From: Calditrichia bacterium
GTDB lineage: Bacteria > Calditrichota > Calditrichia > JAJRVZ01
Reading direction: 5' to 3'
Length of the DNA: 64,000 bases
NCBI GenBank assembly: GCA_963796965.1
Contig: CAWCNS010000004.1
Span: 96,001 to 160,000 of the forward strand
Numbering within the stretch: position 1 is the first letter of the stretch; every line of letters begins with the position of its first letter. A program made the position numbers and the translations under genes. Below the pieces are notes generated by a model. It did no database searches. It was not told where the DNA came from and was given only the letters and a program-made list of their open reading frames with translations. Shown one piece after another: positions 22,049-34,551 of this stretch.

Positions 22049-22172
22049 TCCACGGATTACACTAATTATGACGAATTTCACGAATTAGAATAAAAGTAGG
22101 AAAGAACTTTGTAGCACAGAGATCTGAGAGAGTAAAATTATTCAATTATATCTCTGCGAAACTCTGCGTGAA
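22049..22172. repeat. CCACGGATTACACTAAT left arm plus a small CACAGAG/CTCTGCG inverted pair
   Basis: tccacggattacactaattatgacgaatttcacgaatt (22049-22086); gcacagaga...tctctgcgaaactctgcgtg. Confidence 0.7.
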
Positions 22173-22220
22173 AAAAACGCGTGTATCATTGAGCAAATAC
22201 TATTTTTAGAGGGATTGAAT

Positions 22221-24389
22221 ATGAAAAACAAACAGAACATCTGTATGATGGCCATTTTGGTAATGGTACTTCAATTAAGTTGTCAGGACTCCTCACAAAA
22301 CAAACCTCAGGCAGCCATACGGGGATTGGTACAGCGCCTCATTCCTGAACATGGGGATGGCTTTGAATTTGAGACTATTGCTCAGGAATTCGGAAAAGAT
22401 GTTTTTGAGATTGAAAGTATAAACAATAAGATTGTTATCCGTGGCAATAATGGCGTTTCTATGGCCATGGGTCTTAACTGGTATCTTAAATATTATGCTC
22501 ATTGTGATGTCTCCTTGTTTGGAAATCAATTAGACCTTCCGGAGAAGTTGCCTGAAGTGACTCAAAAACTTCGTCGGATTAGCCCGGAGAAATACCGTTA
22601 TATGCTCAACTACTGCTCTTTTGGATATACCATGGCCTGGTATGATTGGGATCAGTGGGAAAAATTAATCGATTGGATGGCGTTAAATGGTATCAATCTG
22701 CCTTTAGCTGTAACCGGTCAGGAGGCTGTCTGGCGGGAAGTCGGTAAGCGTTTGGATATAAACGATCTCAGTGATTTCTTCCCAGGTCCTCCTTATTTAC
22801 CCTTTTGCTGGATGGGCTGTCTTGATAATTGGGGAGGACCCTTACCTGAAAAGTGGATTGATCAGCGTTACGATTTACAGAAAAAGATTCTTACCCGTGA
22901 ACGGGATTTGGGCATGACCCCTGTTCTGCAGGGATTTACGGGTCATATTCCAGAGGTTTTTGTAAAAAAATATCCCGAAAGTAAAGTCCAAAAGATCAAC
23001 TGGATTGAATGGGAAACCTATGTGCTTGACCCTCTGGATCCATTATTTAAAAAACTGGGTAACCTTTTTCTTGAGGAACAAGAAAAACTTTACGGAACCG
23101 ATCATCATTATGCCGCTGATACGTTCATCGAAATGGTACCTCCCAGTGGTGAACCAGAGTATTTACGTCAGATGGCCCGTTCGATTCTGGAAGGAATGAC
23201 CGGACATGATCCAAAGGCTGTCTGGCTTCTGCAAGGTTGGGCCTTCTCTAATCAGCCGAAATTCTGGACTCCTGAACGTTTGGAAACTTTTCTGACAGCG
23301 GTTCCCAATGAACATATCCTTCTACTAGATTTATTTTGTGAAAGTGTGGAGATGTGGAAACAAACGGAGGCTTTTTATGGCAAACCGTGGTTGTGGTGTA
23401 ATATTCAGTCCTTTGGTGCTAATGTGGATATGCATGGGCCGCTCCCTCGAATTAACAATCGCCTTAACAATGCCAGGATGAGTAATGAGAGAGGAGAGAG
23501 GAGCGGATTGGGATTTGTCAATGAGGGATTTGAGGGAAATCCGGTGGTGTATGAGTTTCTAACTGAGCTGGCCTGGCATGATAAGGCCGTTGATCTGGAT
23601 AAATGGATTGAAGATTATGCGCGGGCGCGCTATGGTAAACAAAATGAAAACACCCAAAAGGCCTGGGCCAATCTCCTCGCTTCGACGTATAGCGATGTTT
23701 TAGATTATATGATTTTTCTCAGTGCCAACCGTTATCCCAGAACCAAGCCTTCTGCCGGACCCGCCTATGACACAAAAAAAGTGACAGAAGCCTGGAAATT
23801 ATTATTAGACGTTGGGGATGCCTTCGCCGAAAAAGAAACTTTTAGGTATGATGTGGTCAGTATCGGCATGCAGGTGTTAACTAACTTCACCTATAATTTG
23901 CATGTAAAAATGATCAACTATTTGAATGAGAAAAATTTATCTAAATTCAATGCCACCGCTCAGTTATTTTTAGATGTGCTCAAAGATCTTGATGAGCTGG
24001 CCGCTACCCACAAACAATTTTTGTTTGGACATTGGTTGGTGGATGCACGGCGCTGGGGGCAAACAGAAAAGGAGAAGGATTTGCAGGAATGGAATGCACG
24101 GCGGATTCTAACCACCTGGGGTAGCGGTGATAATATACGGGATTATTCGCGTCGCAACTGGTCTGGGATGCTCAGCAGCTATTACCGGCCACGATGGAAA
24201 AGATTTATAGAAGCAATGAGAAATTCTCTGGAAACAGGTACCACTTTTGAAGAGGAAAAGATCAATCAGGAATTATTAGAATGGGAAAGATCATGGACAG
24301 AGAAAATCGAAAGTTTTCCGGCAGAACCTGTGGGGGACTATCTTGAGGTGGCCCGGCGGTTGTGGGGGAAGTATCAGGTGCATTTGTAG
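22221..24389 (+). CDS. GH89 alpha-N-acetylglucosaminidase lipoprotein
   Basis: LSC lipobox; GLNWYLKYY, YRYMLNYCSFGYTMAWYDWDQWEKLIDWMALNGIN, GMTPVLQGFTGH, DYSRRNWSGM. Confidence 0.95.
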   Translation: MKNKQNICMMAILVMVLQLSCQDSSQNKPQAAIRGLVQRLIPEHGDGFEFETIAQEFGKDVFEIESINNKIVIRGNNGVSMAMGLNWYLKYYAHCDVSLFGNQLDLPEKLPEVTQKLRRISPEKYRYMLNYCSFGYTMAWYDWDQWEKLIDWMALNGINLPLAVTGQEAVWREVGKRLDINDLSDFFPGPPYLPFCWMGCLDNWGGPLPEKWIDQRYDLQKKILTRERDLGMTPVLQGFTGHIPEVFVKKYPESKVQKINWIEWETYVLDPLDPLFKKLGNLFLEEQEKLYGTDHHYAADTFIEMVPPSGEPEYLRQMARSILEGMTGHDPKAVWLLQGWAFSNQPKFWTPERLETFLTAVPNEHILLLDLFCESVEMWKQTEAFYGKPWLWCNIQSFGANVDMHGPLPRINNRLNNARMSNERGERSGLGFVNEGFEGNPVVYEFLTELAWHDKAVDLDKWIEDYARARYGKQNENTQKAWANLLASTYSDVLDYMIFLSANRYPRTKPSAGPAYDTKKVTEAWKLLLDVGDAFAEKETFRYDVVSIGMQVLTNFTYNLHVKMINYLNEKNLSKFNATAQLFLDVLKDLDELAATHKQFLFGHWLVDARRWGQTEKEKDLQEWNARRILTTWGSGDNIRDYSRRNWSGMLSSYYRPRWKRFIEAMRNSLETGTTFEEEKINQELLEWERSWTEKIESFPAEPVGDYLEVARRLWGKYQVHL

Positions 24390-24450
24390 AAAAGAGAAGA
24401 GAGAAGAGCATAGCGCGTAAGGTGTATAGAGTAGAGTGTGGAGTGTAGAA
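24389..24450. repeat. Purine-rich heptamer tract
   Basis: aaagaga agagaga agagcat agcgcgt aaggtgt...tagagtg tggagtg, immediately after the stop. Confidence 0.65.
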
Positions 24451-24630
24451 ATATAATTGAATGGGCTAGGCAGCACCAAGCCCATTTTACAAGGATATAT
24501 TAATAAGAGTCTGAATCAAATATTCAAGTCACTGGCTATGGCTTTATGGAAACTGTAATTTGGGACTGTTGAATCTTGATCTGTCGTCAGGACAGGTTTA
24601 TTTGGTATCCAAAAATTAGAAAATAGTAGA

Positions 24631-24720
24631 AGATCCTGAAATAAATTCAGGATGACTTTAATAAAATAATTGAAAAAGGAAGTTAGTGAAATTAGAATAA
24701 ATTCGAGATATCAGTGGATC
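24631..24720. repeat. AGATCCTGAAATAAATTCAGGATGAC palindrome plus right arm of the CCACGG family
   Basis: The 26-mer at 24631-24656 is identical to 5197-5222; ttagtgaaattagaataaattcgagatatcagtgga at 24683-24718. Confidence 0.8.
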
Positions 24721-24936
24721 GATTTCTCACCACTTTCTTTTCTCCCTCCTGATCCATCCTCTTCTGCTTTCTTTTCAAGCAATACGTGAAAACCCGTCCA
24801 TCTATATCATTTGAATGCTATTATATTGGCCTATATATTTCTTGCCTAATCAATAAATAAAACTTATTTTACCTTAGAACTTTTAATCCGTCTTCAATTC
24901 TTATATTCCTGATCTGACCATGAAGGAGCAATTCCA

Positions 24937-27900
24937 ATGTCATGGTGTTACAGATTATTGATACTTCTATTATATCTTTACACATCTCAACTCTATTCTG
25001 CTGATGAGTTTGAACTACGTTTTGAGCAAATTAGCAGAGCCGAGGGCTTATCGCAATCTACAGTAAATTGTTTTTTGATGGATCGTAATGGATTTATCTG
25101 GATTGGTACCTGTGTAGGTTTAAATCGTTATGATGGTTACAATTTTAAAATCTATAGACCTGAACCAGGTAATCCAAATAGTCTAAGCCATGTATTTGTT
25201 CAGTCGCTCTACGAGGATCCATCCGATACGTGCCATGTTTTGTGGATTGGCACCCAAGGCGGCGGCTTAAACCGGCTTGATCTGGAAACAGAAACCTTTA
25301 CTCATTATCGCTCTGATTCTGAGAAATCCTCTAGTATAGGTGGAGATATCGTCTATGAAATATGTCCGGATAGGGATGGTTATTTATGGATAACAAGCTG
25401 GGATGGTGGCCTGAGCAGGTTTGATCTAAAGCAAAAAACATTTAAAAATTATCGCCATGATCCCTTGAACTCTAATTCACTTTCAAGTAATCAGACAAAT
25501 CCAATTATCAGAGATCATCGTGGCTATCTGTGGATAGGTACGGAAGGTGGTGGTCTGAATTGTTTTAGATCCGCAATCGGAAGAATGGATTCGTATCAAA
25601 CATGATCCATCTGATCCGACCAGTCTTAGCAATGATTTTATCTGGTCATTATATGAGGACAGTATCAAAAATCTATGGGTTGGAACAAAAAATGGTCTAA
25701 ATAAACTAAATCTTGATGATTTTTATAGGGGAAGGAACAATAAACAGATCCAAAAGATTAATTTTAAAATATATAAGAATGATCGCAATGATCCAACAAG
25801 TATCAGCCATAGCTGGATTATATCAGTTACAGAAGGATTTAAAAATGAATTGTGGATTGCTACCCATGGTGGTGGTTTAAATAAATTCGATACGAGAACA
25901 CAGAAATTTACACAATATCAAAAAAACAGTTAATCCTCATGGCTTAAAAAATAATGATCTAAAACGTGTATATATAGATCCCCTGAAACAAGCGCTCTGG
26001 ATTGGAAGTGAAAGCGGTGGGATTTATAAAGTTATTCATAATCAGAAAAAATTCAGACATTTTCAAAATGATCCTCGTGATCCAAACTCTTTAGGTCATA
26101 ATACACTATTCGGTATTTGTGAAGATAAAGATGGTATTATCTGGCTTGCCACCCAAATGCGTGGTATTGATAAATTTGATCCAAAAAGGAATAAGTTCAG
26201 CCATTTTTATCATAATCCCAATGATCCCTACAGCCTACCTCATGATAAAACACAAGATGTATTTGAAGATCGGAATGGAAACCTATGGATAGGTGGTGCC
26301 CATGGATTGGTAAGGTATGACCGGCAAAATGAACGATTTATCAACTATCTTATGCGAAGAATATAATTCAGAGGGCCGGGCACCGGTCTGGATAGATGAG
26401 ATAACAGAAGATCCCTATTCAAATGAAGAAGCCATATGGATTGCTACAATTGGTTCAGGTCTTACAAAGTTTTATTATAATGAAAATAGATATGTCATCT
26501 ATCAACATAAGCCCTGAGGATCCGAATTCATTATGTAATCCTTATATCATAACTGTATATGTTGATCCGGATAGTTCTAAAAGATAGTCTATGGATTGGC
26601 ACTGAAAACGGATTAGACCAGTTTGATTTATTTACTGAAAATTTCACCCATTACAGAAATGATCCAAGGAATCCCAAGAGCCTAAATAATAATTCAGTCT
26701 GGGCTATTCATCGAGATAAAACAGGTGTTCTTTGGGTAGGTTCCAATGGTGGTGGTTTAAATCGTTTTGATGAGCAAAATAATGCTTTTATTCATTTTAC
26801 AGAAAAAGAGGGATTATCGAGTAATAATGTTTGTCGAATCCTGGAAGATGGCAAAGGCAATTTGTGGATAAGCAGTTTTAAGGGATTATCACGATTTAAT
26901 CCCCGGACAAAGCAATTTAAAAATTATTTTTGTGGCGATGGTTTACAGAGTGATGAATTCTGGCCAGTATCTGCTGAACATTCAAATCAGGTCTCATGTA
27001 TTTTGGTGGTGTTAATGGATTAACAGTGTTCCACCCAGATAGTATAACAGAGAATAAAAATATCCCGCCTATTGTATTTACCGATTTAAATTATTTAACC
27101 AAAGTGTCAATCCAGGTGAAAATGGCCCTCTAAGTAGATCCATATCAGAATCTGAGGAAATTGTTCTGTCCTATGACCAGGATATCATGACTTTTGAATT
27201 TGCTGCTTTGGATTATTTACATTCCTCGAAATAATAAATATGCCTATAAAATGGAAGGTGTCGATCGTGATTGGGTTTATACAGATGCCGCCCGCAGATT
27301 TGCTACCTATACCAAATTGGATCCTGGTAATTATAGGTTCATTGTAAAGGGTTCAAATAACGATGGGTATATGGAATGAGAAAGGAACTTCTATCCGTAT
27401 CATTATCCTGCCACCCTGGTGGCGAACCAGATGGGCTTATCTTTTATATATCATTTTGGAATTGCCTTACTTGTATCTGTCTGGAATTTTCAGTTAAAGC
27501 GACATGCGTATGAAACATCAAAGGGAATTGGAACATGTAGAGACGGAAAAATTGAAAGAAGTTGACCGTATAAAAACCCACTTTTTTGCCAATATTTCCC
27601 ATGAATTCCGCACGCCCTTAACTCTGATCAAAGGACCGGTTGAAAATTTTATACGCGGGGATTTTCGCGGAAATTTGAAAGAACAGGGCAGGCTCATCCT
27701 CGGAAATGTCAATCAATTATTAGGACTGGTTAACCAATTATTGGATCTGTCTAAACTTGAATCAGACAAGATGCGTCTGCGGGCAGAAAAGACAAACCTG
27801 ATGCCAATCATAAAGGGACTGGTACAGTCATTTGCCTCATTGGCCACACAGAAAAATATCAGATTGGAATTTAATCCACCCAATGAGTCCGATTGAACTG

Positions 27901-29172
27901 TATCTCGATCATGAAAAATTTGAGAAGATCATTAATAACCTTCTTTCCAATGCTTTTAAGTTTATACCTCATGGAGGGAGGATAAGAGTAGATTGCGGAA
28001 TTCGGAATGCGGACTTAATGGCAGAGAATAATTCCGAATTGCAAATTACTAATTCCGATTTTGTAGAAATCAAAATCTCCAATACCGGTCCTGGTATTCC
28101 CGCTGATCAGCTGGACAGGATTTTTGAACGTTTCTATCAAGATAGATGACTCACAAATCCGCCGTTTTGGCGGAACAGGAATCGGATTGGCCCTGGTAAA
28201 AGAATTAGTTGAATTGCATCATGGGGAAATCAGCGTAAACAGTGTTGAAAATGGCGAGACAAGTTTCGCCATTTTTCTGCCCATGGGCCGGGAGGCATTT
28301 TCTGATCAGGAAATTGTTAAGGTAAGTAAGGACCCAGAAGAGGATAAAGAAAATGAGACAGACCTATCTGAAGTCAAAAATCCGCATCCCCTCATTCCTG
28401 CCGCCGTTACAGGCAGAGAAAAAGTTTTGATTGTTGAAGATCATACCGGTGTGCAGGATTATATTGGCAATACATTGGAAGATTATTATCGCATTTTAAA
28501 AGCAATAAACGGTAAAGAAGGATTGCAGGTTGCCCGTGACAAAATGCCCGATCTGATTATTACCGATGTGATGATGCCGGAGATGGATGGCTTTACCTTT
28601 TGCAGGGAGGTAAAAAAAGATGTATCAATCAGTCATATACCGGTTATCCTGGTCACTGCCCGGGCCGGACAGGAAGATAAAATGGAAGGTCTGGAGACCG
28701 GTGCCGACGATTTCCTGACCAAACCCTTTGATAGCATTGAATTAGTGACACGGGTAAAGAATCTGCTTGAACAACGACGCCGATTACGAGAACATTATAT
28801 CAATGAACCAAACTTACAACTCAGTAAGATAACCACAACCTCCGTTGATGAAAGATTCCTCAGCCAATTAAAGTCGATTATTGAAAATAATCTTTCTGAT
28901 GCAGGATTAGATGTGGAATACCTGACCCGTCAAATGGGCAGCAGCTATGCCCATATATATCGAAAAATAAAAGCCCTGACAGGACTATCGCCAGTTGCCT
29001 TTATCCGACTTGTGCGTTTGACCAAAGCCCGAGAGTGCTTAAAAATAATCATGGTAATATTTCTGAAGTGGCTTTTGAGGTTGGATTTGAAAGCCTGCAG
29101 TACTTTTCACGCTGTTTCAGTCGGCAGTATGGTATATCACCGTCCGTATTTTTAAAGCAACATCATTCTTAA
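24937..29172 (+). CDS. Hybrid two-component system (beta-propeller/Y_Y_Y, HisKA, HATPase, receiver, AraC HTH); many frameshifts
   Basis: GLSQSTV..GFIWIGT..GLNRYDG repeats, YAYKMEGVD..W, FFANISHEFRTPLTLI, NNLLSNAFKF, GTGIGLALVKELVELHHG, PDLIITDVMMPEMDG, YRKIKALTGLSP. Confidence 0.93.
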
Positions 29173-29462
29173 CGATATTTTCTCTCTATACATAATTTTA
29201 TCTTTTTGCATGATTTGTATCATATTTAGATTAATATGTGCAAACCTTTGATTAATTCTCTGATTATCTTGATACAGAATCCTACTTTATTTAGCGAAAA
29301 TCTCAATTAAGAACTTTGCCAAATCATTTTATAAAAGAATATTAGTACACTTTAAAACTTTCATAAGCGTGAGATCAGAGAAATGCTGACTGAGTAATAG
29401 TTGATAAATTATCAATGTCTTAAAATATTGAACCTAATCCATTAAACAAGGAGGACCCAGTC

Positions 29463-30002
29463 ATGCGTCTATTAATCGTTTTAATTATGGCGTTCGTAAT
29501 AAGTGTATTTTTTATATTTAGTTGCGAAAACGCCACAAAACCTACAGAAGTTTCTCAAACAGATCAATCAGAAATTGTACCGCTGGCAAAAGCCTCAAAA
29601 ACAATGAGTCGTGAAATTGTTGAAGAAGATTGGTATTTGCCCGGAGAATGTTTGGGTGAAATGCTCAATATCCATTATGTGGATGAACTTACCGTGCGTA
29701 CAATAATTGATGGTAAAGGCGGATATCATTCCTTTGTCCATTATCGGCCAATTGCAACCGTTGCTATCGGTGAAGATACCGGAAGAGAATGGCGTCCGGT
29801 TGGTTCTGTACCCATCATAGAGCATTACGGCAAGTTAGGAGAAAAATATATTCTTACCAGTGCAGGATGTTACAACTGGAAAGCGCAGCAAAAGGGACCT
29901 AATCTTATCGAACCATGGACCATGCATATCACTGTAAATGCCGATGGGGAGACCATTGTCAGCAAAGAAAGCATACGGTTTATTTGTAATCCGGAGAAAT
30001 AG
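29463..30002 (+). CDS. Hypothetical lipoprotein
   Basis: AAGGAGG RBS, FSC lipobox. Confidence 0.8.
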   Translation: MRLLIVLIMAFVISVFFIFSCENATKPTEVSQTDQSEIVPLAKASKTMSREIVEEDWYLPGECLGEMLNIHYVDELTVRTIIDGKGGYHSFVHYRPIATVAIGEDTGREWRPVGSVPIIEHYGKLGEKYILTSAGCYNWKAQQKGPNLIEPWTMHITVNADGETIVSKESIRFICNPEK

Positions 30003-30039
30003 TAAATCTGATTTTCAATCAGAATATATGATTTCTCAA

Positions 30040-30167
30040 ATAATGTCCAATACTTAAAGCCAAATGACAAATCAATACCAAAATTTGAATGTCTAAAATC
30101 TATAGCGAGATTTTTGCACTTGGAATTGGGATTTGATTTGACATTTGGTTTTGGACATTTGGAATTC
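30040..30167. repeat. Heptamer-based inverted repeat (AATGTCC/AAATGAC...GACATTT/GGAATT family)
   Basis: aatgtccaa..ccaaatgacaaatcaatacc pairs with gggatttgatttgacatttggttttggacatt. Confidence 0.75.
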
Positions 30168-30183
30168 AAAGTGGAGACTTGCC

Positions 30184-31928
30184 ATGAAATCTCTTATAAT
30201 ATCTATTTTGATTATTGCGGTATTCTATTCAACAGGAAAAGCCGGTATCATCCATGTCCCTACCGATACTGCTACTATCCAGGGAGGTATTTACTTGGCC
30301 CAGGAGGGTGATACGGTGCTCGTGGCTGAAAACACCTATTATGAAAATATCAATTTTAAGGGTAAAGCAATAACTGTAGCCAGTCAGTTTATCATGGATG
30401 GGGATACCAGTCATATATCCAAGACCACAATTGATGGAAGTAAATCTGCCAATCCTGACAGCGGATCTGTTGTGTATGCTGTTTCCGGGGAAGATACGAC
30501 TTCTGTAATATGTGGATTTACAATTACTGGAGGCACAGGTACAAAATTGCGTGACCCTAACTGGGGAGACTTCACTATGGGAGGTGGCATTTACATCCAA
30601 GAGTCGGGAGTTATTGTTGAAGATAATATTATTAAGAACAACCGGTTAGTGAATGCGGGTGATACGTATGGAGGAGGTATATCTGTATTAAAAATATTAG
30701 GTGGTAATAGATTCGTTATCATTCGAAATAATTCTATTGCTCATAATTTTCTCAAAGGAAATATGACAGGTGCGGGAGGAATATATATTGGATGGGAAGG
30801 CGAGCCAGTCATGAATTATATTATTGAGAATAATATAATTTCAAATAATATTGTTGAAAATACAGATAATTGGAAAGCTTATGGGAGGAGGGATATTTTT
30901 AGAATGTGTTTTACCATCTATAGGTACAAAAATAGTAAGAAACAATATCATAAAAGATAATGAACTTCATTGTATGAATAGCTTTGGTGGAGGGATATAT
31001 ATTATTGACTGGGATGATTTATCCACTGCATCAACTGTTGTTTATGATTCAACTCCCAATCCATTGATCTATAATAATCTTATTTGTGATAATTATTCTG
31101 AAAGCTATGGTGGAGGCGTTTCAATATGGCGCGCGGATTGGTATATACTTACGCCATCTCCAGGTGAAAATATTGTTCCCCAACCGGTCTTTATTAATAA
31201 TACTATTTCCAACAATCGTTCCAATAAGGGCTGGGGAATATTTATAATGAATTATTATCCTCTTTTTATTAACAACATTATCTGGAATAAGCCGACTCTG
31301 GATATTGGTAGTGAGATATATTTAGGCGATGTGGGATATTCATGGTCAAATGTATATGGAGACATTGAGATACTAAATTCAAATATCCAAAGTGGATGGA
31401 TAGGACAGGGAAATTTGGATTCAAATCCGAGTTTTTTGGACTCAATAAATTATTACTTGTCGAATGAGTCTTCATGCATCGATGCCGGGCATGACAGTAG
31501 TTTGTTTGATGACATTGAACAAGGAGGTGTTGCTGTCTGGCCGGCCATGGGTACTCTTCGCAATGATATGGGGGCTTATGGTGGTCCATATGAGTATTCC
31601 CACGAGGAGATGATCGGACTAATTGATTATATAACAGATATTAAGAAAAATATGGGAATGATCCCGTATAAGGTAAAATTATTTCAAAATTACCCTAATC
31701 CATTTAATCCTAAAACAATCAATTACCAATTACCAATTACCAATTTCGTGGACCTGAGCATCAATAATCTCCTCGGTCAAAAAGTAGCTACTCTTGTTTC
31801 TGAGAATAAAGTGGCCGGTTTTCACCAGGTTGAATGGGATGCGACGAATTTTTCCTCCGGTGTATATTACTATCGCTTGACGGCGGGTGATTTTATAGAA
31901 ACAAAAAAACTTGTCGCTGCTGAGGTAA
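30184..31928 (+). CDS. Secreted right-handed parallel beta-helix protein with C-terminal sorting domain (frameshifted)
   Basis: IHVPTD.ATIQ..GDTVLV..YYENINFKGK, GFTITGG, repeated GGGI/NNII, RNDMGAYGGP, QNYPNPFNP. Confidence 0.88.
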
Positions 31929-31936
31929 ACAATATA

Positions 31937-32028
31937 TCCACGGATGATCGCAGATTAAACGGATTTGCATGGAAGAAAATAGAATAAAATAATCCGCTGA
32001 GGATCCGCTCAATCAGTGTCATCCGTGT
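31937..32028. repeat. CACGGATG...ATCCGTG inverted-repeat element
   Basis: ccacggatgatcgcagattaaacggatt pairs with aatccgct..atccgctcaatcagtgtcatccgtg. Confidence 0.7.
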
Positions 32029-32140
32029 GCTATTTCTTTCATTAATTGCAACTTTTATAAACCAATCCTTACCTTAATCTCATCTTATTAACCCACATAA
32101 TAATCCTTTAGCATTACTCACATAAAAAGGATCCAATCCT

Positions 32141-34353
32141 ATGGCTTATAAATTTAACTTTTGTATTTTCATTATTCTTACATGCCCCTGGTTTTGCTCT
32201 CAGCCGATAAGCGGACGGTTGTCCATCCCCAAATATCATTCCATAATTCCGCTACAAATGAAAATGCGGTTGCTTTTAACGGTGATAAAATCTATCTGGC
32301 AACAAAGTTCTATGGCCATATCTATGAATATTATTACATGGCTGACAGTACTTATTTTGTTGACAAGTTTAAATTAAGAGAAAAAGATTCCAATAAAAAT
32401 GCAGCCGGCGCGATGGTTTACCATGATAACCATCTTTATACAGTTACCACCTACGCATTCAAACGAATCCCTGAGATCTATATTTTTAAAACCAATCAAG
32501 CAGGCGATCAATTATTACCTGATACCACGATTGATTTGATGAAGCATGACCCCGCTCTCCTGGTTTTTTATAATCCCATCGTAATTGGTGATTATGTATA
32601 CTGGGGAACATATCATAATAAAGGTGGACCTGCGCGTTTAGTCGGATTGAATATCAAAGATCAAAATTATGAGAAGGGAGATATCCAAATATTAAAATCG
32701 TCTAAAAGTAAAGCGCCAAAGACATACTCCCTGGCACAGGTAGATAATATGCTTTATGTTTCGACGAATATGGGGATCATTCTGCGCTTTAAACTAGATC
32801 TTCAGGATGGATCAATTCTGGGAGAGATCGATCCAATTGACATAGGGATTGAGGAATCAAGCAGGGAGATACAACATTTAAAGGCGGATCCGGAAAATAA
32901 TATTCTCTGGGCTAACACAACATTAGGAAACGCGCTATTTTGTATCTCAAACCCAGATGCAGACTATCAGGTCAAGAGAACCTGGCATAATATTATCAAT
33001 ACACGTATTTATCTTGGACCGGATGGCTACTTATATGGTCAGGGTCTGGACCAAACCAAACGCAAAATGGTGGGATATAAGATAAAAAGAACAGAATCAG
33101 GGTTTAATTACCGGATCGTGGCAGGGCTCTATTATTCAAGATTTGGCGCTATTTTGGGTGGCGGAATAAATAAAGAGGGGATTACATACCTTGTTGGCGA
33201 AGATTTCAGAAAAGCAGATGAAAACCCGGATCTGAAATATATGCGAACCCTTAACCTGAATACTAATGAACAGAGACAAATTAAAGTTAAAGCGATTGAG
33301 ATTAATACTGTAGGTATGACGTTAAATGCGCTGGCATCTGATAATTCAGGCACGCTTTACCTTTCTACCTATCAGACGGGTTATATGTATAAAATTAATA
33401 CTGATTTTAAGGAGAAAGAATTACTTCCACCGGGAAGATTACGGTACAGTTATCAGGCCGATGTAATCAAAAATTACCCAAACAGCCCAGGTAGCATGCT
33501 ATTTGGGATCTACGGTGGAACAGGCCGGTCTTCAAGGTTGATTTTTTATGATATTTCTGCAGCAAATGATAATTGGAAACATTGGGTATTACCTAATGGC
33601 CCCAAAGGAATTATATATGAACGACTAAAAGCAATGGCAATTAACCCTTTGAGTAATGAGATATATATCGGGACATCAAATCAACTTCTTGATGATAAAG
33701 GATATCCGGCGAAGATATATAAGCTCACGATAAATGATTTAAAAAACGACAAAGGTAATAGTGAAGACTGGAAAGAAATAAACTATCGGTGGCCTGAAAA
33801 TTATCCAGAAAGAGATAATCCCAGCGATTTTTTAGCTATGACTTCGGATGGCAACTATTTATATTGTATCCTTCAACAATATGATAAACAAAAAGGACTG
33901 AGGGAAAATAAATTTGTGCGCATTAAAACAAATGAACAGTCTCCTCTGATATCTCAGAATGATATTAAGATCGAAGAAAAATATAATGAATGGTCCACAC
34001 ATTGTGATAAATCTATTTGTGCGGATGGTCGTATCCTGTTGGTTGGATATGGATCAAAAATATTTCGCTATGATTTAAACCGATTTGCTATCAATAATCC
34101 TGAGAATACCTACGAATTTGGAAAGGAACCAATTGTTGCTATTCTTTCCGATGCAAAGCATTATTATATATGTCAGCCTTCTATAATCCGCATCTTTGAT
34201 AAGAATATGAATGAGAAAAGACAAATATCCCCCCCGGATGAGCAGGTTGAAAATGATTATTTTGAAACCATCTCACTTAACCAGAATGATGGTTACCTCT
34301 ATGCTATTACCCATAATGGGATACTCTATAAATTTCGTATAAATTTGGAATAA
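32141..34353 (+). CDS. Secreted hypothetical protein, probable beta-propeller (N-terminal frameshift)
   Basis: 730-aa ORF with recurring DG.LY/ALA.D..GTLYL strands; signal-like start at 32141 in another frame. Confidence 0.7.
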
Positions 34354-34551
34354 ATCTCCATGCGTTATTCAATGAAGCAATTCATTCTAAATTTGATACT
34401 ATTAATTTATAATTCATACGTTTTTTGGTTGTAAATCACTTATTCAATACCTATCTTTATGTGAAATTATTATCACAATCCCCTTTCCATCCGAATAAAT
34501 CACAGATTTTTTAGATACTTTTTTGAAAGCAAAAAACAGAAGGCTTTCCAG

